In this document: piece by piece, positions 20,004-29,670 of the stretch
Position numbering within the stretch: the first letter of the stretch is position 1
Layout of the letters: every line of letters begins with the position of its first letter
Source of the DNA: Bythopirellula goksoeyrii
Lineage (GTDB): Bacteria > Planctomycetota > Planctomycetia > Pirellulales > Lacipirellulaceae
NCBI RefSeq assembly: GCF_008065115.1
Contig: NZ_CP042913.1
Span: 4,783,257-4,847,256, forward strand
Reading direction: 5' to 3'
DNA: 64,000 nucleotides
The notes under the pieces: model-generated
What the model saw: the letters and a program-made list of their open reading frames with translations, nothing else
Told to the model about the DNA's origin: nothing
The model's database searches: none
Position numbers and translations under genes: made by a program

Positions 20004-20309
20004 GTGCCGAAATTACAACTAGAGGTTCCGCACACGCTTCCTCAGAATGAGGCGCAAGATCGGTTGCAGCGTTTTACTGAGTCCATCCATGGAAAATTTG
20101 GCGATCAAGCCAAGGATGTGACGCAATCCTGGTCAGATAATGTCTTAACTTTTGGATTCAAGACCTTGGGAATGCGCATTGACGGCAACATCGCGGTCGA
20201 ACCCGAAAAGCTTGTCGTCAACGGAGACTTGCCTATGGCCGCGATGATGTTCAAGGGGAAAATCGAATCGGAAATCCGACAGCAACTCGAACGATTAGTG
20301 CGGGTTTGA
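20004..20309 (+). CDS. Polyhydroxyalkanoic acid system family protein (PHA_gran_rgn-like)
   Basis: 101 aa, 'MPKLQLEVPHTLPQNEAQDRLQRFTESIHGKFGDQAKDV...NGDLPMAAMMFKGKIESEIRQQLERL' follows the TIGR02610 family pattern. Confidence 0.65.
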   Translation: MPKLQLEVPHTLPQNEAQDRLQRFTESIHGKFGDQAKDVTQSWSDNVLTFGFKTLGMRIDGNIAVEPEKLVVNGDLPMAAMMFKGKIESEIRQQLERLVRV

Positions 20310-20315
20310 GACTCC

Positions 20316-20347
20316 AAGGAAAGGAAAGAACCTTTCCCTTCTTTTTC
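20316..20347. terminator. Intrinsic terminator between convergent genes
   Basis: Stem 'ggaaagg'/'cctttcc' (20318-20337) followed by 'cttctttttc'. Confidence 0.5.
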
Positions 20348-21527
20348 ACGGGATTACAGATTCCAAGTCTTGCTCCGATGCAATGAGCGTCAATCTGCCG
20401 TCCTGCAAGCGATAATCAATCCCAAGTGGGTGAACGATCGCATCCAATAAGATGGACAAATCGGCCTCTTGGACTTCACAAGAAACAAGCTGTTCTCGTG
20501 GGTCGGTATCGCGATCGAGCAGGTCATTTTCCCAAACCACCTCAAGGCCCAACTGATGAGCTATTTGGGTTATCACCTTTCCGAGTGGCTGGTTCTTCAA
20601 CCGTAGACTGAACAACTGGCGTTGCTGGCTTGACTTCTGAGGAACCCTATCTGAGCTACCTGAACTGCTGCCGGATAGTAATCCCATAAGTTTCTTGTGG
20701 TCTTCCCAACGCCCCCGTACCGAGAGTCGATTTCCAGTTTGTTGAACTAGCAGTTCAGGTGCCTTACGGCTCATTTGCTCGACAACGGACCGCGATTTTC
20801 GACCCGCATCGTACTCGCGCGCAATCGTCACCGGCCTCTCGATCGCTACTACATTACACTTGTCGCCATCCGGCGATATCTGGCAAGTCAGGTCGAAACC
20901 AACCAAGAGCAGCACGACTCGATCGACAAGGGACAAGGTCGGAAGTTTTTTTGCCGCCCAAAGATCGTGTTCGATCAACTCTGGGTGCACCAGTTCAATC
21001 CCCTGCTCTTCCAACCACAGTTTGAGCAACAAACCAGGCTCGCTCAGTCGTGGCCAGCCAATCATACTCTCGCGCAACCAGGTGTCTTTTTTTCGTGTTG
21101 GTAATTCTTGTACGGAATCTTTTGCCAACTCAATAAGTGTAGCAATCTCGTGAGCAGCATCCTGTGGACCGACGTAACAAATGTTTCCCAAATCTGACCA
21201 ACCCAGTGATCCATCTTTGGTTAGAGAATTGAGCACATCACGAAGTGGAACATCTCGAAAATGCCCATCTATCGGCCGTTGGATATCCACCCGGCGATCT
21301 ACCCAGAACGTAATGTCACGGGCAACTGCCAGTCGATCCAAGACGACTCCCAGAGACTGCCCCTTCCAGATGGCAGAAATGCGCATACCAAGCTGTGAAT
21401 AGACTTCGCCGGGAGGAGAACCTGTTCTTTCTGCCCCCGCGAGATGGTTATGCCCCAGTCCGAGCGCCATGCCCAGCAGCCCCAAGCACAGCAAGAACCT
21501 GCAATTTTTGCAAGCAAATTTTCTCAA
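20346..21527 (-). CDS. Secreted hypothetical protein with two secretin-N/STN-like repeats
   Basis: Signal peptide 'FLLCLGLLGMALGLG'. Repeated 'Q.LG.V...A..L.....W...' modules and an S/G-rich linker. Confidence 0.4.
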   Translation of the reverse strand: MRKFACKNCRFLLCLGLLGMALGLGHNHLAGAERTGSPPGEVYSQLGMRISAIWKGQSLGVVLDRLAVARDITFWVDRRVDIQRPIDGHFRDVPLRDVLNSLTKDGSLGWSDLGNICYVGPQDAAHEIATLIELAKDSVQELPTRKKDTWLRESMIGWPRLSEPGLLLKLWLEEQGIELVHPELIEHDLWAAKKLPTLSLVDRVVLLLVGFDLTCQISPDGDKCNVVAIERPVTIAREYDAGRKSRSVVEQMSRKAPELLVQQTGNRLSVRGRWEDHKKLMGLLSGSSSGSSDRVPQKSSQQRQLFSLRLKNQPLGKVITQIAHQLGLEVVWENDLLDRDTDPREQLVSCEVQEADLSILLDAIVHPLGIDYRLQDGRLTLIASEQDLESVIP

Positions 21528-21815
21528 TAAAACGCCTTTCTGGGAAAAATAACTTGGCAGAAAACGATTGGCCTACTTACCCATTCTACTCGCCCGATGG
21601 GGATTCGTGAAAAACTCCCCCACTATTTCGTTGAGAAAAAGCACCCTTCAACTAAAATAAAGTTTGGAGTTGAAGTTTTCATCCTCAGTGCGAAATATAC
21701 AGCTCCATCCTCTGCTGTCTTTTCAAGTAGCAATCAAGCTGGAGTGCTTGATTGGTGAACACAACTCTCTGACGAGCGGGTCGAGCTCTGTCAGAGCAAC
21801 AGGGTATCACTTCGC

Positions 21816-22481
21816 ATGAGTCATAATTACACCCAACGGCCGTTGCTTGTCTACCACTATGAGCGGTACCAAGTCGATCAAAACATCGGCTCTTACATCC
21901 GTAGTGTCTCTACCAGTTATACGACCGGAGGACTGGAACGGTTGCTCTCTGGAGGAGAAACTGCTGCCCGACGTGGTGCCGTCTTGGCACTCGGACGATT
22001 GGCAGATTATCGCTCCAATTCGGCTCTTGGCAGAGCACTCGTTGACAAAGACCGGGGGGTAAGGAACCTAGCCGAGACTGCCATTCAGCACCTTTGGATG
22101 AGAATCGGTACTCCGACCCAACAGCGGCACTTGGTCGCGATCGGTGAGCAAATTGATGACAAAGATTTCGAGCGCGCCGCTCAAATTGCGACAGCACTCG
22201 TGGAAGATGCCCCTTGGGTTGCCCAGGCGTGGTATTACCGGGGCAAGTCTTTCTTGCAACTGGGACAATTCGAAGCCGCCAGCCGTGACTGCCATCAGGC
22301 ATTGGAAGTTAATGCCTATCACTTCCTAGCCGCCTCGACCATGGGCCAAACCTATCTGAAGTTGAACGATTCTATCTCGGCTCTCGACTCTTTCCGCCGG
22401 GCTCTACGGCTGAATCCCAATATGGAAGAAGTTCGTGCCCAGGTGATTCATCTCCAGCGCACGCTGCGGGATAAGAGCTGA
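21816..22481 (+). CDS. HEAT/TPR repeat protein
   Basis: HEAT-like 'ARRGAVLALGRLADYRSNSALGRALVDKDRGVRNLAETAI' followed by TPR-like repeats. Confidence 0.55.
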   Translation: MSHNYTQRPLLVYHYERYQVDQNIGSYIRSVSTSYTTGGLERLLSGGETAARRGAVLALGRLADYRSNSALGRALVDKDRGVRNLAETAIQHLWMRIGTPTQQRHLVAIGEQIDDKDFERAAQIATALVEDAPWVAQAWYYRGKSFLQLGQFEAASRDCHQALEVNAYHFLAASTMGQTYLKLNDSISALDSFRRALRLNPNMEEVRAQVIHLQRTLRDKS

Positions 22482-22557
22482 GCCGTAGTTCGGGCACTCT
22501 TGCCCGATACTCGTTTCCCTCTGGCGAGCAGGACTCGCTGTGCGCGGCTAAACATGT

Positions 22558-23361
22558 CTACACGAACCAGAATGTTCGGCGTTTCCACTCGCGGTACTCT
22601 TCGCCGAAGGCTTCTTCCAGGACCCGATCTTCAAGCTTGGAGCGATAGAGCTGCAGTGCGACGAATGCACAGTAGAGTCCTATCCACACGACATGCAGCC
22701 TCGCAAAGCATAGCCACACCCCGGCTTGGGCAATGAACTGGCCCAAATAGACCGGATGTCGAACGAAGCGATAGGGGCCTGTCGTCTTTAGTTCACGCGC
22801 TTCGGGGACAATGCCGAAGCTGCGGCAGAGAACCAGGTAACCCCAAACATCGAGGATGTTTCCGACAGTGATTAGCACCCCTCCGACCAGAGCGGTGTAC
22901 CAGGTGATCGGGCTTCGCCACAAGAAATCATAATAAGCTGTCTTCCAGCTTTCGTTGAATAGGCCCAATCCCCAACCGAGCCACATGACGAAAATGAAGG
23001 GAGCGAAAGCGGTGAACAGGGTGATCAAAATGATTCGGCCATCAGCTGCTCGTGATTTCGGTTGAAACCGAACAATGAAACTGATCGCAATCAAGAGATA
23101 GGTCAGGTCAATCAGCACCGGAACCCACGGCATCCTGATCACTTTGCCGCTAGGCAACTCAGACCAAGGAACGTAATTCCAAAAGTCTCCACTCCAGTAT
23201 TTCTCGGCACTAACCCAAGTAAACACAGTGAAGAAAGCTAACCCAATGACTCGGAATAGCCAATCCGGCGCCGCGAGCCAAAGTCGCATGGGCCAAGCGC
23301 GTGACTCAGCAGATATCTCGCTGGGAACAGTGGACGTGGGCGTATCGATCATCATACCCAA
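22558..23361 (-). CDS. Isoprenylcysteine carboxyl methyltransferase (ICMT/PEMT)-family membrane methyltransferase
   Basis: Multi-TM protein; C-terminal 'RHPVYLGQFIAQAGVWL' matches the ICMT 'RHPxYxG' motif. Confidence 0.65.
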   Translation of the reverse strand: MGMMIDTPTSTVPSEISAESRAWPMRLWLAAPDWLFRVIGLAFFTVFTWVSAEKYWSGDFWNYVPWSELPSGKVIRMPWVPVLIDLTYLLIAISFIVRFQPKSRAADGRIILITLFTAFAPFIFVMWLGWGLGLFNESWKTAYYDFLWRSPITWYTALVGGVLITVGNILDVWGYLVLCRSFGIVPEARELKTTGPYRFVRHPVYLGQFIAQAGVWLCFARLHVVWIGLYCAFVALQLYRSKLEDRVLEEAFGEEYREWKRRTFWFV

Positions 23362-23423
23362 AGTATAGGTCGTCCGAAAACGCTAGGGGGAGTTCTTCTG
23401 AATCGCCCTGCTGTCATTTCGAG

Positions 23424-24164
23424 CTACGTTTCCAAGGTATTGAGTAGGCTTGTATGTTTCTTCAGATGTCGGAGTACCACATAAACGATGGCTGCTACAC
23501 CCAGAAACGCCACCCATTCGGGCTCGAACACCAACCGATGATCAATCGCCAAGTGCTCCAGGATTTCTTCTCCGAACAAAGCGAACACCGCCAGGAATAA
23601 GGTCGTGTATTCCTGACGCAACACTCGCCTCCACGAAAAGTTGCGCGAGGGCGAAACCCAGTTGGATAATCGAGGAATGAACGCCGGCGTCTTTGCGGCC
23701 CACTCTCTAAATCGATCGCCGAACTTCTGACGTAAAAAAGACTCCTCCGCGAACATAATACGTTCGTAGTACAACCAAAAGCCAAGGCAGAAAACAAGTG
23801 TCAACCAAAAATCAAAACAAAAAATTATGATGCCGCCCCACATGAGGAAATTACCAACATAGAGCGGGTGGCGAACCACTGAATACAAACCTGTAGTGTT
23901 GATACTTGTGGCGACCTGTTCGCGAGTGTTGCGCCCCGAAGTTCCGTCAGGCGCGTAACCGGCTACCAGAGCACGAACCGCTAGGCCTGAAAATACAACG
24001 GCCATGCTTGTGATGTGCATGACCTCATGAAGCCCATTGCTGCCCCAGGGAAAATGATAATCACGCATCTTGATGAGAAATGGAATGACGAAAATTAAGG
24101 GTACGTAGCTGCGAAACCGGAACAGCCAGTTGCCACTATCTTTCAGTTCCTTCTGTAGACCCAT
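23424..24164 (-). CDS. Second ICMT/PEMT-family membrane methyltransferase (paralog)
   Basis: 'VRHPLYVGNFLMWGGIIIF' motif and multi-TM topology. In tandem with the previous gene. Confidence 0.65.
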   Translation of the reverse strand: MGLQKELKDSGNWLFRFRSYVPLIFVIPFLIKMRDYHFPWGSNGLHEVMHITSMAVVFSGLAVRALVAGYAPDGTSGRNTREQVATSINTTGLYSVVRHPLYVGNFLMWGGIIIFCFDFWLTLVFCLGFWLYYERIMFAEESFLRQKFGDRFREWAAKTPAFIPRLSNWVSPSRNFSWRRVLRQEYTTLFLAVFALFGEEILEHLAIDHRLVFEPEWVAFLGVAAIVYVVLRHLKKHTSLLNTLET

Positions 24165-24398
24165 TCGATTTTCCTTTGACCGAGAGTGATTGAACTAGAT
24201 TCACACAGCGCAACAGATTAAAGAGGCGGCCGTTTCCGGTAAAGACCAAGGAACAAAGTTCAGTGGCATGCATTCCAATTGCAACTAGGTCTCAATACCA
24301 ACTGAGGAGTAACAACAGATCATAATGACCACTGAGAAGAACATATTTCTTCGCATTAATTGGTCATGGAACATTGCACATTGGAAATTCCCCCAGTC

Positions 24399-25985
24399 CT
24401 ATTCCACATACACCACCTCTACCGGAGTCAGCGCGTTCACCTCGTAGAGGTCACTGCGGCGATCTTGCAACGGCTTCACGCTCCCCAAATCGCGCTGGAC
24501 GGCCAGGTCGTTGAGGTCTAATTCTGAGATCACCACGGTTTCGAAATTCGGCTCGGCTTCGGCCATGATTCCGTCCATCGGAAACGCGACATCGCATGGG
24601 GTACAGACGGCCGCCTGACCGTAGTTGACCAAGAAGCTGCGAACCTGAGGAAGGTTCCCCACACAGCCGGCGAGCACCACGTAGATGATGTTTTCCACAG
24701 CACGTGCCTGAGCACAGTGGCGGACCCTGTGGTAGCTCTTGCGTTCGTCAGTCGCAAAGGGAACGAAGAGCACGTCGATACCCTTGACTGTCAGGAGCCG
24801 AGCCAACTCAGGAAACTCCACGTCGTAGCAAATGAGAATTCCGATCCTACACAATGGGGTATCAAACACCTTCAGCTTATCACCAGGCTGCACATCATAA
24901 TAATGCCGTTCTACCGAGGTGATATGTAGTTTGTCCTGGGTGTAGACATTGCCGCTGGGGGTAATCAAATGAGCCGTGTTGCGGAGTTCGCCTTCGATAT
25001 CAACGGGGGTGGAACCGCCGATGATGAACAGGCCGTAATCAGCGGCCGTTTTCTTGAAGAGTTCAAGGTAGCGTTCATGATACCCGGCAACCTCCCGAAC
25101 TGCCTCCAAGGATTCCATATCAGGCGGTAACATACTGAAAAGCTGGGCGGTAAACAACTCGGGAAAGAGCAAGAAGTGACAATGATATTCGTTGGCTGTC
25201 TGAGCGAAGAACTCGACCTGGCGCTCAAGGTCGTTCCAGGAAGTGACAGGCCGCAATTGGTACTGCGCAGCGCAAACACGCACTTTGCGGTTCGGCCGGC
25301 GAATTGGCGCCCCAGCGATCATCCGCTTGGCAGGGTCAAACGAAGGATTCTCCAGCTGAAGGAAAGTCGCATAGTTCATACTCTCGCCATCGGTCAGATA
25401 GGCATAGTGAACCCCAAGTACTTCGTAGCCGGCCTTCAGATGCGCGGACAAAGCCATGTCCTTCAACTCGCCCTGCTTCACTTTCTCGATGTATTTCTCA
25501 GGTGTCATCTTCTTGGAATATTGGCTGTAGCCTGGAATCCGACCACCCCCGACCATGCGACGCAGATTGAGCCTCTTCATGAGTGCCTTGCGACGAACAT
25601 ACAATTTGGCCGCCACCCCCTGTCCTCGATACTTGGGATGGACCGCGATGTCCGAGCCATACAGCGTGTCACCACTGGGATCGTGAGTGCTGAACGTACC
25701 GACTCCAGTGATCTCGTTGTAGGAATACCAGGGAGAGTCCTCGTCCAAAAGTACAATCAACGAAGTACAGTATCCGATTACCTGGCCTTCGTATTCGGCC
25801 AGAAACTGCCCCTCAGAAAACGCTTCGAGCTGCATCTCCATTTTCCGCTCGTCGCAGATACTCTCCTTGGCTATATGTGGATAGGCCGCCTTCTGACATT
25901 CGACAATGGCAGGAATATCCGACTTTTTCCAACGGCGGACTTTTACAGCAAGTTTCTGATCGGGAGCTTTGGCCATGCGTGGCAT
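24399..25985 (-). CDS. Bifunctional GNAT N-acetyltransferase / carbon-nitrogen hydrolase (nitrilase-superfamily) fusion protein
   Basis: N-terminal GNAT motif ('GQVIGYCTS...HPKYRGQGVAAKLY'). C-terminal CN-hydrolase motifs ('RVCAAQYQL', 'FPELFTAQ', 'RIGILICYDVEFPELAR'). Confidence 0.75.
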   Translation of the reverse strand: MPRMAKAPDQKLAVKVRRWKKSDIPAIVECQKAAYPHIAKESICDERKMEMQLEAFSEGQFLAEYEGQVIGYCTSLIVLLDEDSPWYSYNEITGVGTFSTHDPSGDTLYGSDIAVHPKYRGQGVAAKLYVRRKALMKRLNLRRMVGGGRIPGYSQYSKKMTPEKYIEKVKQGELKDMALSAHLKAGYEVLGVHYAYLTDGESMNYATFLQLENPSFDPAKRMIAGAPIRRPNRKVRVCAAQYQLRPVTSWNDLERQVEFFAQTANEYHCHFLLFPELFTAQLFSMLPPDMESLEAVREVAGYHERYLELFKKTAADYGLFIIGGSTPVDIEGELRNTAHLITPSGNVYTQDKLHITSVERHYYDVQPGDKLKVFDTPLCRIGILICYDVEFPELARLLTVKGIDVLFVPFATDERKSYHRVRHCAQARAVENIIYVVLAGCVGNLPQVRSFLVNYGQAAVCTPCDVAFPMDGIMAEAEPNFETVVISELDLNDLAVQRDLGSVKPLQDRRSDLYEVNALTPVEVVYVE

Positions 25986-26201
25986 CCTGCGGGGAAGTGT
26001 GCTTGAAATTCAGTAGTTATCCTACTGGCTAACATGTCGATTACCTACCCGAATTTAGTTGCTGGGCGAAGCAGACAGCGAATTGCTTTCAGTCAGACAT
26101 CACCCCCTGTGTCCGAAAGTGGTGCGCTATCGCACTTGCTGACGTTTGTGGTCAATCTGCTATAATAGAATTTCAACCTGATTCTTTTAGCTTCTCCCCA
26201 T

Positions 26202-26450
26202 ATGGTATCCCCAGAGCCCCTTATGTGTGACTCGCAACAAGACCAACTCGTCGCCTGGCTCAAGGAGCAAGGCCATTCTCCCGTAGAGATCGAAAAGATT
26301 ATGGCAAAGGTCGCCGAGTACGATGCGCAGACCTTGCGCGAGTCGATTTTCGATTCGATCAATTCAGGGCATATCGATCTGTCGGCCCTGGTGCGAGAGG
26401 CGCTCGCTGCAGACGAAGGTCAGGAAGGTGTCGATACGACACGGGAATAG
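26202..26450 (+). CDS. Small acidic hypothetical protein (82 aa)
   Basis: ORF only; helical acidic composition. Confidence 0.3.
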   Translation: MVSPEPLMCDSQQDQLVAWLKEQGHSPVEIEKIMAKVAEYDAQTLRESIFDSINSGHIDLSALVREALAADEGQEGVDTTRE

Positions 26451-26820
26451 GGAGAAGCCGTCTACCTCTGTCCGACTCAGTGAGTCGGAGAACTCATCAT
26501 TCCGACTCGGAAAGTCAGACAACAAAGCAGAGATACCAGCGCATAAAAAGGGAGCCTCTCTAAACTTGCCGAGCTTGGTATTACGCAGAGTCTCGAGATT
26601 CACTGCGATTGACTGATTCTTCGGACCAGCTCGCCGTCGGCATTTAACGCTTACAGAGGCTCAGTATTCAAGATAGCCAGATGGACTTAGCGAAGCAAGT
26701 ATTTTTGCTTGTGAATGCGATTGGCAAGTGAAAACAGACAAGATGTCTGCCCCACGGAGGTGGTAGCCGACTTCGCAAAACTATCCCAAACCTCCCTAAC
26801 TCACTACCCTACATCTGCGC

Positions 26821-28131
26821 TTATCTTAAGACGGTACCACCGGCCGTAGACGTCATGCGATTCATGGCTTGCTTCACGCCCGCTGCGAATTGATCGGGCT
26901 GTGCTTTGAACTGCTCCATGGTCTCTTGCGATGCGAAAAGATAAAAGGCACCGCGGTATTCAAAGCCGAAACGGCGCGAGCCTTCCACGATTTGGTTCTG
27001 CTCCAACAGCATTACCGGATCCATTCCCGAGAAAACGGGACAGTAGGCATCAGGATTGGAGAAGAACTGCTGACGTTGCTCGTCGGAAGTAAACAAGAAA
27101 GTGCGGCCGCGATGAATGGCCCCAAACTTTGGATTACCGGCTACCCACTTGTGTGCTGATTTGAGTGTCACCGGGCAGTACCCATCGAATGCCAAAGGTG
27201 GACTTCCTTCGGGTACTTGAGGAGAGAGCGCGATATGGGACGCGGCAGCGACATGGGATGCCGCTGGATTCATCACTTGGACAGGAGCCGGAGATTGGGA
27301 CGCGGCAGGCTTGGCTTGGACAACTGCTCCGCCGAAGTTATTCTGCGGTGCTGTTGTGGCATGCGAAACTGACTGGGCAGGATAACTGTTGGGCATCGCA
27401 TTCGCTGGCACAGTGACTGCAGCCTGAGGATTCTGTTTTGCACCTGGAGGGGCATAGGCATTGCTGGCGACTGGCGACGCCGAGGCAACCGTATTGCTAG
27501 GCTTGGAAGTGTAGGGATTGTTGGTCAATCCAGGTTGTCCGGATTGCGAAGCGGCAGGACTCTGCGACTGTGGTCTGGTCGCCTGAGGAAAAGTTGACTG
27601 GGCAAATTGATTCTGCTGTTGTTGCTTGTACTGCCCCACCTGAAGGCCGGCGTAAGCAGTTTGTACAGGTTGCTCGGCAGAAGAACCCTGACTCGCTTGA
27701 TAGAGTTGATAGTGATCCGACAGATTCGAGAGTTGAGTAATATAATCTGAGCCGTTTTGAGGACACGACAGTTTCGCAACAACATTTCCCTGCGAAGAAA
27801 GCACCACTTCCGATGGAACTCGTTCCACCTGATAGGCACTAGCTAGGGCCTTTGCTGACTCCGCATCGATCTTGACTGGGATGTATTTTTGCTCAAGTGC
27901 TTCGGCAATCTGGGGTTGTGAGAAGACGCTTTCGTCGAGCATGCGACAAGGCCCGCAGGAAGAGGTATAGAAATGAAGGAGCACCAACTTACCTGATTGA
28001 GCTGCCTCGATCTTGGCTGCGTCGAGATTGTCGCGCCAGCGCACGGCTTCGTCGCCATAGGAAAGCGGAGCCGACATGGCCCCGACCAGCAAGGAAAGAA
28101 GAGTGAATGAGAAAAGCTTCTTGATGCTCAT
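26821..28131 (-). CDS. Secreted thioredoxin-fold protein with a Q/P/A-rich low-complexity linker and two C-terminal YHS-like (Y-C-P-V) domains
   Basis: Signal peptide 'MSIKKLFSFTLLSLLVGAMSAPLSYG'. Thioredoxin 'HFYTSSCGPCRML'. About 170-aa linker ('QQQQNQFAQSTFPQATRPQSQSPAASQSGQPG...'). C-terminus 'DGYCPVTLKS...' and 'DAYCPVFSGMDPV...'. Start moved to the M preceding the signal peptide. Confidence 0.6.
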   Translation of the reverse strand: MSIKKLFSFTLLSLLVGAMSAPLSYGDEAVRWRDNLDAAKIEAAQSGKLVLLHFYTSSCGPCRMLDESVFSQPQIAEALEQKYIPVKIDAESAKALASAYQVERVPSEVVLSSQGNVVAKLSCPQNGSDYITQLSNLSDHYQLYQASQGSSAEQPVQTAYAGLQVGQYKQQQQNQFAQSTFPQATRPQSQSPAASQSGQPGLTNNPYTSKPSNTVASASPVASNAYAPPGAKQNPQAAVTVPANAMPNSYPAQSVSHATTAPQNNFGGAVVQAKPAASQSPAPVQVMNPAASHVAAASHIALSPQVPEGSPPLAFDGYCPVTLKSAHKWVAGNPKFGAIHRGRTFLFTSDEQRQQFFSNPDAYCPVFSGMDPVMLLEQNQIVEGSRRFGFEYRGAFYLFASQETMEQFKAQPDQFAAGVKQAMNRMTSTAGGTVLR

Positions 28132-29670
28132 GGCGATTCCGTTCGCAATTGTTCTATTTATGATTCGTGAACTAACCAAGTCCGTCGATCAAATGCAGCC
28201 AATGGCAGCACTCGAACAAACGGCATACAGGCCCACCCAAAAAAGTGCCTCTGGTCGGTTAGATCGGGCATGGGTGGAGGGAGACTTTGTTAAAATCGTC
28301 CGATTAGCCAAAGATTGCCGATTAATCTGGCCTTTCTGCTGTCATCAAAGCAATAGCACGGCAATCAACGAATGGCGTAACCCCTTTGACTACATGATCT
28401 TATGGACTTTACTTCAGCCGAATTGCGCTAGCACCCAGCTTGTTACCCACCTCCGAACTAACCGGCCACTCGTGTGAAACGGCTGGATTTTACTAGAAGG
28501 CATCCAATCGGCAGGTGAACTTCGGAAAATCGCTCCAACTTGCCCTCAAAGTGGCGGAATAATCTTGACAAAGATAAGTCTATGGCTAATACTGTGTTGA
28601 GTTCATAACCCTGCGCGTTTGGCAGGTTCTATCGGCCATTGTTCGGCTTCTTCGCTGGTTTTTTAGAAGGCCCTTGTTTCGAAAGACCCCGCGAAGAACA
28701 GGCACTCTCGCTTGTGGGTTGAAGTTTGTCCAATTCCGGTATCTGAATCCAGTAGAGTGATTCCCGGTTGCGATTTAGACGTTTCTGCCCGCAGTGAATC
28801 GGCCGATTGCTTGACTACGAAACTACTTTTTGATCAAAGGTTTAAATTGCTTTATTTATTCTTCGCCAAACGTAATGCGAAGTAGCAAATGTCGCTGATT
28901 AGTTGTGATAGGGCTGGCATTTCTTACTGCCGCTGCATAGACTAACGGCACTCTGAAACACATGAGGATAGGGTTTCCTGACTGCGTTTACTTCTTGGCC
29001 TAATTTCCGGGCTGTTTTTCGGGATAGGCATGACAAACCGTCAGGATAGATCAGCAGTCAATTGCACCATTAGATTCATCGCATTCCGGTGAATGAATCC
29101 ATCGATTGGGAGCACACCTTCTGTAAGGTTTTGGGGAGACGGAGACTCCCGGTTGCTCCCATAAAACGATGCAGGTGAAATTACACTTCCGACGGCTAGT
29201 TTGCGATCGAGAAACGATTATCGGCAACGCAACTGGTCGGGAAACAACCGTAAGGTTTTTGAAATCTCACCCATAGGTGGGATAGGTTGGCAAGTGGGAA
29301 ATTCTGGTAGTTACGGTGAGATTGTTTTCGTCGCCAGACAGCCTACTTGCTTAGATTGAAGCGGACTTAGTTGCCCGGGAAACGGGGTCGCCTTCGACCA
29401 TAGTTTTGACGGGACGGCGTTGTTTATCAAGCTGCGCCCTTTTGCAACGACGACCCTTCGCAGAGGATTTGCTTCCGTTTGTCGGACGCATGCTTTCAAC
29501 TCGGGCTCTGCCCAGTCGGAAAGACTCGCCGTCGAGTCTAGACTGTTTTGGTCTGGATTAGGCGAAGCGATCAATCGATAGTTTTCACGGTGGCCGTTTT
29601 GGCCAATTTGATGTTGCCCGTTGATATGAGTAGTGGCAACTTTTTGACAGTAACTTTTGGGATTTAGATT

